Source: Paraphysomonas bandaiensis
Taxonomy: Eukaryota; Protista; Chrysophyceae
Assembly (NCBI GenBank): GCA_965644295.1
Contig: CBFFRP010000088.1
Coordinates: 1-45,173, forward strand
Direction: 5' to 3'
Length of the DNA: 45,173 bases
Both the position numbers and the translations under genes were made by a program. The notes under the pieces were generated by a model, which was not told where the DNA came from, did no database searches, and worked only from the letters and a program-made list of their open reading frames with translations. How positions within the stretch are numbered: position 1 is the first letter of the stretch; each line of letters begins with the position of its first letter. Shown here one piece after another: positions 24,450 to 36,223 of this stretch.

Positions 24450-25801
24450 ATGCAAACTAACAGTCCAATAGACAATAACAATCATGGATTAAGTCTCTTT
24501 GTTAAAGATCTTATTGCAGGAGGTATAGACATGTATACAGAGGGTAGTTTACTGTGTTCCTTATAGTCTTGTTACGCAGGCTTCTCAGGCGTGGTTGCTA
24601 AGACAGTTACAGCACCCATTGAGAGGTCAGTGAAGACATAGATTATCAATCCATCACTCTGTAATATTTATTATTAGAGTCAAGTTGATTATGCAAACAC
24701 AGAGAAGTAATTCAAGGATTCATAGTGGTCAATATTATCGGGGTGGGATTCATTGTATACAGCAAATATATGAGAATGAGGGATTTCTGGCCTTATGGAG
24801 AGGCAATTTTGCGAATGTTTTAAGGTATTTAAAAATACTTTAGAATATTTTAAGTAATTAATGTTTGAAGATATTTCCCAAATCAAGCCATAAACTTTGC
24901 TTTAAAGGATAAGTTCAGAGCTATATTCGGACAATGGACAAGTGATGCGAATGTAATGTGTAAAAAATATGCGTGCGGTAGTGATTGGTAACATATTCTT
25001 TCAGCGGCATGGCATTTTAGCGGGAAATTTTTTGTCTGGGGGTGCAGCTGGTGCTACCTCAGCATTACTTATATACCCATTGGACGTCGCCAGAACCAGA
25101 CTGGCTACTGATGTCGTAAGCGCGGGGACGTCATCAGGAAGGCAGTTTTCAGGTGTAGCAGACAGTATTGTAAAGTGCTACCAGGAGGTTAGTAGATATT
25201 TGCTTCATCTACCTAACTCTGACTGAATATCTGGATAGGGAGGAATTAAGCGAGTGTACAGGGGATTCGCTGTGTCCCTCACAGGAGCTGTTGTATTTCG
25301 CACACTCTTTTTCGGTACGAATGTAATTATTTTGTGCATCCCAGCCTTATTTTGAGCGTATTAGGCGGATATGATAATCTGAAATACTCAATGGATTTGG
25401 AACATTCCTCCAGGGGTACGAGGTACATTGTGGCTCAGGTATGAGAGGAATATGGAAAATTATCTTTGATCTTTACATCCCGCAGACGCTCACAACGATC
25501 GTTGGTACATTATGTTATCCTATAGACACTATTAAGCGCAGAATGATGATCCAGGTGAGTGTTAAGTCCAGTTATATTTTTTTTTCTAATTTTGTTGTAG
25601 GTCAATTTTCTAGGCTCTAATGTTACTGGAGCTGCAACTTCAACACAGGGCTATATGAACGGTCGGGAGTGCTTGCGATACGTACTTAGCACTGAAGGTT
25701 GGAGGGGATTATATGCGGGTCTTCCTGTCAATATAGTTAGAGGAATTAGTGGGGCTTTACTGTTAGTTTGCTATGATGACATCAAGAAGTTCATGAAATG
25801 A
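24450..25801 (+). CDS. Mitochondrial ADP/ATP carrier (SLC25/ANT-like), 9 exons
   Basis: Exons 24450-24522, 24580-24625, 24678-24824, 24871-24952, 25005-25187, 25239-25314, 25365-25438, 25486-25554, 25601-25801 splice in frame. Motifs [49 protein letters not shown]. Confidence 0.92.
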
Positions 25802-27260
25802 CATCAGTGTAGCATTTATTTTACGATGGGAAGCTGCTGTTCATCTCCAGCAGCCGTTAGTATCAATTGTAAATAACATGTAGTAGTATTAACATTCGTA
25901 AAAAATCTATCAGGTTTCACTTTATTTGCCTGTTGGAGGATAGTGCATGTGAGAATGGAATTGAGAAACGTTTGTTAACTAAGTAAAATAGATACAAGAT
26001 ACAAGATACAGTATTTGACTACATTCTGAAGTAGATAACTCCAAGGGCTGCGGAACAATTAATAGAATTGACGCAGGTTGTAGTCAATTACACTTGCAGT
26101 TATTAATAGGCCAGAAAATATGCATTGAAACGGCCAATGAGTGGTACAGTCTACAGTCCTGCCTATATGTATAGACCAACTACCAAGCAATTAGTCATGC
26201 CAGTTTGAGATTGTAAATTGCATTGTCTCTGCTGTGTTCTGTAGTATGATAACATATATTGTGTAATTGAAGTGAGTACATAGTGTGCAATAGATGAAAT
26301 CAACACATAGTAGGTGTAACGGGTGAATATAGTTACAAAGGAAGTAAATTCTGTTACTGTTGTGTGATTATATATTATACACCATTTAGCTCCTCCATGT
26401 TTGAATTGTTGGTAGATGTTGTCAATGAAGCTTTCTTCCAGCAGCCCGGTGATACGTACAGTCAGTCTCTTACTTCACTCAATGAATATACTTGATGAAA
26501 TATTACAGGCTTTATATAATAGTAAATTTGAACGAACAATTATGCGTAAAAACTAATATACACTCTCCGATTACAACTTGCCAGTATCAAATTGATTGAA
26601 TTTCCACATCTTCAATATATATATCGTAATGATAGGCAGTAACTTGGAGGAAGTTTTACTCAAATATTACAGCAACTAGCATTGGCTGTTGCAATTTCAA
26701 TAATTACAACTTCAATAATTGACAACTAATTGATACGCTTCCCTCAAACTCTACGAATGCTATGATAATTATAGTATCACAATCTATTTAAGGCAAAGAA
26801 AACATAAACTTAAGTATTATTATATTTTAACGAATTTCATCGTTCAGATTAGAATTTTTAACCTCTATTTATTTTATCGTCCTAGTGACAACATTATCCT
26901 TCCTCAGCGGCCATAATTCAGGGATCTTAAACAATAGGCCCTGATTGCTATTATTATAATTAAATTTTAATGAATCGTCAATATATTAATTGACTATTGA
27001 TTCAAAAAACTTTCAGCTATTTCAAGTAGTTGATGTTGTGTGTGTGAGGAATATGAGAAGGACGGACAATCTTTTGCGATTGTGTTGTTTTGAGCTCATC
27101 CTGCTTAGAAAAAGGACATCTTAAGTATAGTTGTGCAATGTTACCAGCACACGTGTAGATATGAACCATTGTATATATAGATTTTATTAATATATAAACT
27201 TTCGGTTGACACAAATATATTTTCAAGACCATACGGTTTTAAGAGTACAAAAAAAAAACT

Positions 27261-28916
27261 CTAGCACATACACATTGTATATTTAGTATCACACATTACA
27301 CTACTACTTGGATGTATAAACAGTGCTGTTTGACTGTCAAGCAGAAAGCTATATTTCGAGGTCCCATAAAGACTCTCACTCCAATTCCGACTACGGGCGA
27401 AATTCACAATTGCTTCGGTTTGATTAGATTCAAATATTCCTGTCTGAATAATACCATGAAACGGATTACTTGGCTCGCCAGAGAAATGAGCATACGTCCA
27501 CCCACTAAACCTATGTAATGTCTCCTCATGAAACAACAGCCGTACCACTGCAGACTGTATGCTTAAATCCCCCCAGCGCTCAAGAAATATCATCCCCGAC
27601 TCATCGAACTTTCTCAAAAGCGCTTGTACATCTGACTGTAGCCACCTCGTAATATTTGTAACAAAGAAATTGTTATAGTAGCTCGGCATATGACCGCAGT
27701 TCGCAAAATTGAAATCTTTGTATGATTGCTTTAGGTTGCAGCTATCCATCAGCTGCTTCGTATCCTGAATTCCCTCGGCTACAATGTGGGACTGAATTAG
27801 GTCCCAAAACAGGTCTCCAGGTGACTCCGTAGCAGCCGTTCTGTACGCATATTGATAGTTAAAAGTCTCCATAAATGCAAACATATTATAAGAGATGGGG
27901 GATAAAAGCGCACTGTCGTCATCAAGTCGCCATATCCAAGTGTATCCCATGCGAGCCATCACGTGCCATACCCGTATCGCAAAGAACCGGATCATCAGAT
28001 GGTAGCCCAGAGAATATGATTTTCCTCGGAATTCCTTCGTAAATTGTGGAAATCCTGCAGCCACATGAGGAAGGACGGGAGACCAGTCCTCACCATGCAA
28101 TCTGTAAAAACGGATCTCACGTCGCCTTCCCCTCACATCGTTCTGTATGTCAACAGTGAAATCTCCATCATGTACAATCCAGACATCATCATGAAAGACA
28201 TCGTTGTAATTTCTATAAAGTAGATCAAGTGTATATTTGAGCTCCTTTAGCGAGTCACGGCTACGGTAGGAAGTGTGAGCCCCTGCTTGGGCCAAAATCA
28301 CAATTGCGCCTTTATGTTTGGAGTGTGCCAGAGTCGATGACACGTTTGTATAGGTGGCGATGTACTCATGTTCCATGTGGAGGTGGCGTCGAGGGCATAT
28401 TATATCTGACTTTTTATCAATTGGAATAGAAAGGCTGCTAGCCTGCTGCTTATGTCTCGATATGATTTTCTTCAATGAAATGCTAATATCATTAGATGTC
28501 ATATTACAGCTCTGTATATCGAGACTGCCATCGCGATGTGATATGTGACTGTATTGTGCGGAATCAGGAGGAAAAGTAATCCCAATAGAGTTATTTTTCT
28601 TATAGTAAACTACACCGTTCTGTACTCTCACTTGAGAAGGGGCTGTATTAAACTCCCCATTGCTACGTGCATATGTAACAGTCTCAGCACATTTTCTGAT
28701 GCATTCAAACAGTTCGCCTTTAACGATATACTCTTTAGCATACTCATTGCAAAGGTATTGACATGTGACAATAGCAGATATGGATGGTTGAGTTATTGCA
28801 TTGATGAGCACATCTCCCACTGGGACGTTACTGATCTCTTCATATCCATTGCTGCTGTTGCATATAGTGGCAGATAGATAGAGATATGCAATAATACGCA
28901 GCCACATGAGGGGCAT
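27261..28916 (-). CDS. GT15 / KRE2-like glycolipid alpha-1,2-mannosyltransferase with signal peptide or anchor
   Basis: Motifs GYHLMIRFF, YTWIWRLDDDS, YNMFAFM, YYNNFFV, GMIFLERWGD; hydrophobic N-terminus MPLMWLRIIAYLYLSATIC. Confidence 0.8.
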   Translation of the reverse strand: MPLMWLRIIAYLYLSATICNSSNGYEEISNVPVGDVLINAITQPSISAIVTCQYLCNEYAKEYIVKGELFECIRKCAETVTYARSNGEFNTAPSQVRVQNGVVYYKKNNSIGITFPPDSAQYSHISHRDGSLDIQSCNMTSNDISISLKKIISRHKQQASSLSIPIDKKSDIICPRRHLHMEHEYIATYTNVSSTLAHSKHKGAIVILAQAGAHTSYRSRDSLKELKYTLDLLYRNYNDVFHDDVWIVHDGDFTVDIQNDVRGRRREIRFYRLHGEDWSPVLPHVAAGFPQFTKEFRGKSYSLGYHLMIRFFAIRVWHVMARMGYTWIWRLDDDSALLSPISYNMFAFMETFNYQYAYRTAATESPGDLFWDLIQSHIVAEGIQDTKQLMDSCNLKQSYKDFNFANCGHMPSYYNNFFVTNITRWLQSDVQALLRKFDESGMIFLERWGDLSIQSAVVRLLFHEETLHRFSGWTYAHFSGEPSNPFHGIIQTGIFESNQTEAIVNFARSRNWSESLYGTSKYSFLLDSQTALFIHPSSSVMCDTKYTMCMC

Positions 28917-29499
28917 GGGGTAGTAATGCACAGTTAGAGGGTGGAATACTGCATATGTAGATGTATAGTGATGTTATATGCTGCGCTGTTAATTGCGACT
29001 TCTTAATATTCATATCATACAAACAGATTGTATATATGCATATATGGCTGTAGCACTCAACTGCTCATCATTTTAATAGAAATTTAATAGAAAAACGATA
29101 AAATCGACTGTTTTCAATCCAAAATTCGGTATTTTTAAATTAAAATTAGGATATTATAAGATCCCTATGTATAAAAGTGCAGATATTTTTCAACTACTGT
29201 ATGCACAGGCACAGGGCCAAACAGGGCAAAAAAAGCCAGGTTTTTGTTGAATTCTGTTTTCTGATACATCACAAAACACCGAAAAAAGGGTGATATTTCC
29301 CTGTACCTTCTCTTGATGCATGGATACAGTACCTGTTAACATCCATATAAAAACCACTGGAAAATCCTAGATAATTTGTTTAAAAATACTGTATATATTG
29401 ATCACTGATCATTAAAACACACTATATATCTAAAAACCTTGGATTTTTAGCCTAGTCAACTCCTGTATATTCCCATATATGTACTCCCTGTATGTGTGT

Positions 29500-29990
29500 A
29501 AGATACTGCGCCTGAGCAAGAGTAATATCGGCCCGTGTGGTATGGAGACATACGACAGTCTTATGACCAACTGGAATCATCCGGAGCATAGTTGGGGTGA
29601 TATACAACCCGTCTATAATGCGGGTGACATCATTGACGTCGAATGGTGCGTTTCCAACATCGCGGACCATGGAGGCCTCTATACATACAGGATTTGCCAA
29701 GACGACGCTTTGGTGGCACGGTTCATCGATCCTGCCGTTACCCCCACTCTCAAGCTGAGATGGATCAGCTAGAGACCTGTTTTCAGGACGGAATTCTTAA
29801 ATGTACTGACGTGGAAGGACAAGACTGCCCGGTACATCCGGATTGCGTGGTAATGTGACTGTATTCCACTCGTACAAATAATTAATTGTTGCTGGTAGGG
29901 TACTGGGTGGGGCTGCGACAGTGAGTACGGCCAGCAGTGGTTCGCTTGTGGACCCAAGGACAGTGGCAGGTGCCAGGCGCGTGGTGTCTC
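29500..29990 (+). pseudogene. Fragment of AA13-like lytic polysaccharide monooxygenase, frameshifted, with intron, truncated at both ends
   Basis: GPCG...NWNHP...WG...YNAGDIIDVEWCV...DHGGLYTYRICQD..LV.RF..P..TP / QAEMDQLETCFQDGILKCTDVEGQDC..HPDC | 49-nt intron 29850-29898 | G.GWGC...WFAC...GRCQ. This is collinear with fungal AA13 catalytic domains as recalled. Confidence 0.75.
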
Positions 29991-30935
29991 ATCCGAATCG
30001 TCTTCCTCCATCATGGCCAATATTGCAGCATTCAATTGAGGCTTCGTTTGAAAATTAAACCTGCCCTTGAATTGTTGATACTTCTCAGAAAGCTCCCTTG
30101 TTACTCTTAGATGTTCGAAAAACTCCTCGAAGAATGATTCCACTGAGTTAAAATTCTCTGTTCTCAATAATCTCTTACTGGTATCTCTCATACAAGGTGG
30201 TATCAAACTCATCCAGACTTCCAGTGACCCACCTCGTTTGGTGGTAGTTAGAGGTATACTCAAAGTCAAGTGATTTACTTTTGCTGCATCCACCAAGAAG
30301 TCGTATCTCTGAATAAACTTAGTTTCAAGAATACATATATCTTCATCAGCTTTCCTGAAATCCTCCAGTCTCTCCATACTAACCTTCTTGTATGCTTTGC
30401 AAGATTTGTACAATATTTTGTTGAATGCCATTACATCCAAAGGTTTGAACAAACGTTTGACTGCCTCAATGATATGTGTGATCCTAGCATCAGTACACTC
30501 CAAGTATGTAGGAAATTCTGTTGGATTCATCCGTCGCAGGGTATGCCGAACCATGTCTCTTGCTCGATCTTTCAGCAAACTGTACACTGAAGGTACCGCT
30601 CTATTATAATTCCGTTTTTCATACTCAGCAATCTTCTCCATAAACGTCATGAAGCCGTCTAAAGTGATTTCCGTCAATTGGATCTTCAAGTATGAATTAT
30701 CCTGTTGAGTCAATACGACCTGACTAGTCCTGTCTTCGTCGGCCTGCCTTAGCGCTTCTTGAATAGTCTGTCTCCTGACATTCCTTCTCCTAGGCTGCTC
30801 TTCCTCTCTCAATACGTGTGTTGCGTTGAGCACTGCCTGATGGACTGCGTCCTCGATTCTGGTCTGAAGTAGATCTGGGTCTATGTATTGCTGTTCATGT
30901 ACTTGTCCTCCAGCTTGTTCTTCTTGCTGTTGAAT
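29990..30935 (-). pseudogene. Gag-like ORF of LTR retrotransposon, start and 3' end lost
   Basis: ~310 codons open, helical and charged, located just downstream of the LTR and a candidate PBS (TGTGATGCCCAAACC, 31073-31059). No ATG; joined back-to-back with the LPMO fragment. Confidence 0.6.
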
Positions 30936-31073
30936 TTATTAAATGTCTCTAAAAACATGTTCTCTTTACACCTACTACATTATTAATTGCAAAAAGCAAC
31001 AAAACTTCAACTAAAATCAACATTTTCAAAATTTCACCAGGTTTCGACCGCTTTACCAGGTTTGGGCATCACA

Positions 31074-31283
31074 TCGACTTATTATAATAAAGCTTGCTAT
31101 TATTATGTATGACAGTAATAAGTAGACAACGCCACTAGCATGATAGATATGATATAGACGTACACAGGTCACTGTAGACGTCATAATATAATGTACTAAT
31201 TATTACATATATATCTTTCGATCCTTGCATCTCACATAATACTGCACTCAATTGCAAGTATATAGAATCTTCAGATCTCAACA
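31074..31283 (-). repeat. LTR (~210 bp), starts TGTTGAG immediately after the PPT
   Basis: Minus strand reads TTGAGGGGGAG|TGTTGAGATCTG. Segments recur at 33812-33907 and 34224-34319. The 3' boundary is approximate. Confidence 0.78.
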
Positions 31284-32663
31284 CTCCCCCTCAATTGAGT
31301 GTTGTACTATGACGCCTCCCAGCTATTGAATGCCTGAGATAAAAAAATTCTTGACAGTAAAATAGAATAATCTCTAAGTCTAAACCTCTGTCTAAAAAAC
31401 TCAGTACCTACTTGCGTCTTCTTTTATCCCTTGGTCCCTCATTAATCACTTCAGTGGAACCCTCAACAAAGTCGGACTCGCACCTTTTCGTGGTGTTCTG
31501 GGGGATAAGTACCGGAGAGATTCTCTCTGGGAAACTAACGTGAGCCGCAAACATAGTCAGCAGATATTGTTCTGCCCACTCATAGCCAAATGCTTGTGTG
31601 GTACAAGGGACACTAATAAGTGTCACTTGTGTAGACGTCTTTGGGCCCTGACGAATAAACAGGCATCCGGGAATGGGCCCACCTCAAGGGCATCCGGGAC
31701 AGGGCCCACCAGAAGGGTAACCGGGGTATTGGGCTGCCTGCTGAAGTTAAGCATCCGGGATGTTCACCTTAAGAACTCAAAACACCTGAAGTCAGCAGAT
31801 GTCAGGTATATCAACATTCTGCTTGCTCCCTGCGTTTGCTTTGAGTGATTGATGCTGAGTATGAGTTCACATTATTCGGTATCTGTGTGGCCAATGACCG
31901 AGGTAATGCGTCAAACTTTCCTCATGGATGCATGGCAATGGCAATGATGTGATTAGACCTGTCATGTCTTCTCACACGTCTACTGCCTAGTCTTGGTTTC
32001 TCCTGACCCAGCTCATTGAGATTATATCAAGGCTCTGGCACTGTTCTCCAAGCAGTGTCAGGTACATTTGTGGTGCTTTTATGTTATTCTTGCTTAATAG
32101 GTTTTCATCCGAGCGGGGAAGGTGCACGGTTTCCTACTAGTGTAAGTCACTCGGGAGAAGAGTGCAAGGTGGATGCATGTGCTGGACGAGTGCACACAAT
32201 GGAGGGAAGACATTGGAGTCAGCTTGAATTTGTAACAGATTTTGGTAGATGTCTGTTTCATGCGTCAGTGTGCAAAATTGCACCAGTGAGACCGCTTCGT
32301 GACCGTGGGAGGACCCGGCGCTATAGAGCTACTTTATTCTCCCTTCCAGACTACCTGCTGCTGTGAACACCACCTTGAAGAGGGCCCTAAAGATCTGCCG
32401 CATATACAGGAGACATATGCCGAAGACACCGACCGCAAGTTGTTTGTGTTAGGACAAGTAGATTGGGCAGAGGAGCGTATGATCCGGCTTAAACACGCAA
32501 CTCGTCGTATGCCCATGTAGCTAACTAAATCGTGTTGTATAGTTGAGCACTTGTCGGTGCATGCAATAGTAACTAGATGAGAGTCATGTTATGCATAGTG
32601 TCGCGCGAGTTGTTAGGTTGGTCGCGGCAACGCACAAGCTTGCGCTTCTTAATAATCAGATTT

Positions 32664-33600
32664 TCAATACACTTCAGTGGAACTCTTAATTTTCTCTCCA
32701 AGATTTCTCTTTCTCTGCTCCATATATGATAAACCAACCAATGACTTTGTATACATATCTGCTGCTTGTTGCGATGTATGCACATGCACTAACTTAATCG
32801 TATTGAACTGATTGGGATCCACGCGCTCTCTCACCATGTGATACTTAATCTCAATGTGCTTCGACTTCTTGTGAAACACTGGGTTTTCGGCCAAATCCTG
32901 GGCACTCTGACTGTCGATGAAGAATGGTGTGGGTTTGATGAGCCTCAACTTAATCTCACCCGTCACCCCCCGAACCCATAGCACTTCTTGGAGACCCGAG
33001 TAAATACACTGATACTCAGACTGCATGCTTGACGTTGCCACTGTCGTCTGCAGTTTGGACTGCCAGACTATAGGCCCTCCCGCTGCAAACCCAACGTACC
33101 CCGACGTGGACTTCCTGGAGAGCTGGCCTCCCGCCCAATCCGCGTCAGTAAACATATAAAGTCGAACCGTCTACTCCCATATTGAATCCCTTTGTCAATA
33201 GAACCACGAATATATTGCCATACGTGTGTTAATAGCTTGCATACTTCAATATTCACCTTATTACTGAACCGAGACAGTACTCCCACTGCATAGGCAATAT
33301 CCGGCCTCGTGTTCATCGATAGATATAGTAATGCACCTATCAGCGGCCGATATGGGAAGTTATCTACTATAAGCTGTTCCTCCTCGGTATGCTCATGCCG
33401 CGCCCCTTTTGCCACTAAATCCATTGCTTCCGCCGGTAGAGGACTCTTCCGTACCTTTCGCGGTGGCCCAAGATACTTTTCAAACTTTTCTAAGATCTTA
33501 GCCGCATATACTGATTGGTCAAGACGAATATACTCTGGCGTTCTTGTGACTCGAACATTCTGAAAATGTTCCATCTCGCCCATATCCTTCATATCAAACT
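32664..33600 (-). pseudogene. Copia pol C-terminus (end of reverse transcriptase plus RNase H), 5'-truncated, one frameshift near 33160
   Basis: Motifs MKDMGE, YRPLIGALLYL, TRPDIAYAVGVLSRF, TDADWAG, RKSTSG, WQSKLQTTVATSS, DSQSA, KHIEIKYH, ADMYTK. Confidence 0.93.
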
Positions 33601-33811
33601 ACCATCCGCTACCATAACAGATGTTGACATTAATTGCTAAGGTTTACTATTCTCAAATGATAAAATGAAATTATAAACATTACATGATAAAGAACCTAAG
33701 TTGTGTACGATGTGTTCAACACCATTCATTTACTACTATAGTGTACAAACCACACACTCAGTGATCGTATCCTGTATAGTCACCCACTTCTACTTCAGTT
33801 TCATACTACAC

Positions 33812-33907
33812 AATATAATGTACTAATTACATATATATCTTTCGATCCTTGCATCTCACATAATACTGCACTCAATTGCAAGTATATAGAATCTTCAGAT
33901 CTCAACA
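33812..33907 (-). repeat. Partial LTR copy (5' ~96 bp), near-identical to 31186-31283
   Basis: Direct comparison; differs by a 3-bp indel. Confidence 0.9.
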
Positions 33908-34223
33908 ATATTCACTTAATTAATTTTGTGTATGTTAACGTTTGCATGTTACACACTGCTACTTCATATATATATATGACATATTATTATACTGTTAGAT
34001 ACTTTAAAAGTATTGATAGATTTTTACTTATCATGACTACAAACGACACCCTTTCAGTCTATTTGCTAGGGTGTTTATATTGATGTCATTGGGCCTGTTT
34101 GGTTGTTTAGTATAAGCTCTCGATAGTAATTTAGGATACGCATGGTCGAAAACAGATTGGCTAGTAGCTAGTGCGTGCTACAAAGTTGCGTATTAGTTGA
34201 CTCACAAGAGTTGTGTATACCAT

Positions 34224-34319
34224 ATAATATAACTTGCTATTCTTATGTATGACAGTAATAAGTAGACAACGTCACTAGCATGATAGATATGAGATAAACA
34301 TACACAGACCACTGTGGAC
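34224..34319 (-). repeat. Partial LTR copy (3' half), similar to 31084-31180
   Basis: Shared CTTGCTATT.TTATGTATGACAGTAATAAGTAGACAACG.CACTAGCATGATAGATATGA with several substitutions. Confidence 0.85.
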
Positions 34320-34410
34320 CCCTCAGCCGCAGGCAGGCAGGTGCACTTGCTGTGATGATGATGGCACAAGACTTAAAAGTCACTGTCACAAATACTGCTA
34401 TAGTTCCTTC

Positions 34411-36054
34411 TCATTCCGCGAAATAGCTCAAATAATTACTGGGAATATGCCAGACTTCATAACCATTTTCCAGCACATTCATTAGGATCTTGTCCTCCTC
34501 GGCTACTTCGAATCGTGCGTTTTGTGCCAGCGACGGCAATGGGATGAAAACTAACCTCAGCAGCGATACCTTGTCGACGGGAAGTTTAATCTTGCCCAAT
34601 AACTGCTCCAAAGCACTCCCCTTGATAATCTTCTTTGCGGACTTGCTTCTGGTGACATGAAACATAACCAATTCCCCCTGCTCCGTCTTGTACATGTATG
34701 GAAAGGTCGGATTCCAAGACATGTACAGCACCAATGGCGGCATTACCTCGAACGGAGGAGGGAACACCTCACACATTTCCAACCTCAACGAGAAATTGGA
34801 CCATTCACTTACCTTCCCCTCTGAGCTGGCGATCACTTTCCGTTTCCTCCATTGCACGCCAGAAGCAGATGTCAATTGATCCGCAATGACACTTTCATAG
34901 ATCTTAGCAGATGCATCCGCCATAAATCCTGTCTCGTCATTTCGAATCAGCGCTGATATCCTGTCGTCCAGAGAGCCCTTGGTAAGCATATCTTGAACTT
35001 TAGATGCGACGAATTCGTTCAAAAAGTTCAAGCGATATCTGTGAAAGGGGAATTCGCCATCCCTCTCCACGTCATATTTCATCAAAGGACTGACGTGCGA
35101 ATCCTCAACATCGCCGGAGACCAGGAGTGCATGTACATTACACGAACGTATTACATGGGGCTGATCCCTTCGACACGTACTAAGGTAATCGAGAGATATC
35201 GGCAGCACATGGCGGAAAATACCCCCAAATTGGTGAAAGCGCTTCGTGATCTCCTCGGAAGAATACTCAGGCTGCAGCAACTCCGGCACATGCTTGTTCT
35301 CCAGCAAATACTTCCCAATCGCAAGCAACTCCGAAAGAGTGAAAACAGGCATGTACATTGCTATTCCTCCGTTCTTGCAGAATTCCATATATCGGGCCGG
35401 ATTCGGAGATACGGTGGCCAAAGTGGGAATGCGCAGGCTTTCAAAATGCGGTTCCACCACACTACTACCAGGTTCCATCAAATACAATGACGTTTCTGGA
35501 TCAAAACAACTAAGAAGTCTATTCGGGCAATCATCCACTTCCTCTGCTTGGCGATTAGCAATGTCGAATATAGTCATGGTAGAAGTGCCCTGGCGGATGA
35601 CGATCTTCGGCGGGGTGGTGGAACCGTAGCAGTCAGGTGGAAGGGGCCCGAACAAAGACGGATTCAGTATTCGAGCCAGGTAATAATACTGGAAAAAGGA
35701 TTTGCTAGTTCCAGGGTTTCCAATTAGAACACTTCTCTTATATTTCCTTATTTCTTTCAACAAGTCAGGATAAAACTTCCTTACAAACAAATTCTCTGGG
35801 CCCAAGCATGCCCATGACATTCCCAACTCGTTATTAAAACGAATGACATCGATGTCATCCCCAATGGATTCAACTTGACAGTTCGCCAAGTTCTCGATGA
35901 AATCGGTCTGGTACTTCTCTCGTCTCGGTCTAAAGTCAAAGTACGTTTCTTTGTCCAGGATGAGGTTGGTGTCAATGGAAAGAAATCGACAAGATTTATT
36001 GTGTCGACAAGCTAATGCCAGCGTACTGCACGGGGTGGTCCTGAGCTTCATCAT
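34411..36054 (-). CDS. Crinkler/RHS-like protein: P-loop NTPase plus C-terminal restriction-endonuclease-like domain (degenerate)
   Basis: LFVRKFY, VLIGNPGTSKSFFQYY, ATVSPN, YMPVFTLSEL, RFHQFGGIFRHV, YESVI, NPTFP...FHVT are typical of CR-NTPase+REase. Intronless; first ATG 36054. Confidence 0.8.
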   Translation of the reverse strand: MMKLRTTPCSTLALACRHNKSCRFLSIDTNLILDKETYFDFRPRREKYQTDFIENLANCQVESIGDDIDVIRFNNELGMSWACLGPENLFVRKFYPDLLKEIRKYKRSVLIGNPGTSKSFFQYYYLARILNPSLFGPLPPDCYGSTTPPKIVIRQGTSTMTIFDIANRQAEEVDDCPNRLLSCFDPETSLYLMEPGSSVVEPHFESLRIPTLATVSPNPARYMEFCKNGGIAMYMPVFTLSELLAIGKYLLENKHVPELLQPEYSSEEITKRFHQFGGIFRHVLPISLDYLSTCRRDQPHVIRSCNVHALLVSGDVEDSHVSPLMKYDVERDGEFPFHRYRLNFLNEFVASKVQDMLTKGSLDDRISALIRNDETGFMADASAKIYESVIADQLTSASGVQWRKRKVIASSEGKVSEWSNFSLRLEMCEVFPPPFEVMPPLVLYMSWNPTFPYMYKTEQGELVMFHVTRSKSAKKIIKGSALEQLLGKIKLPVDKVSLLRLVFIPLPSLAQNARFEVAEEDKILMNVLENGYEVWHIPSNYLSYFAE

Positions 36055-36223
36055 TCGGCTCGCAATGTTCAGTAGATGGATGTTTGTTTCTTCTATTGAT
36101 GAGATGCTGCGAAGAGAAATCAGACACAAGATAGAGGATGTTCTTTTCAGTTTAGTACTTTTAGTGACTGTACCTGCTTTTTGACTACCTGTAGGTACGT
36201 ACTACTTTGTACTCTGCACCTAC

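Larger units (their letters stand above)
29990..33907 (-). mobile_element. Rearranged Ty1/Copia LTR retrotransposon cluster (partial LTR, RT/RNase H, 3' region, PPT, LTR, gag; minus-strand order)
   Basis: Copia RT/RNase H motifs, PPT GAGGGGGAG abutting TGTTG LTR start, repeated LTR pieces and a gag-like ORF. Confidence 0.85.

Noticed and set aside
29769-29990. C-terminal extension of the 354-aa gag ORF
   Set aside because: Read-through into the antisense strand of the LPMO fragment after a breakpoint
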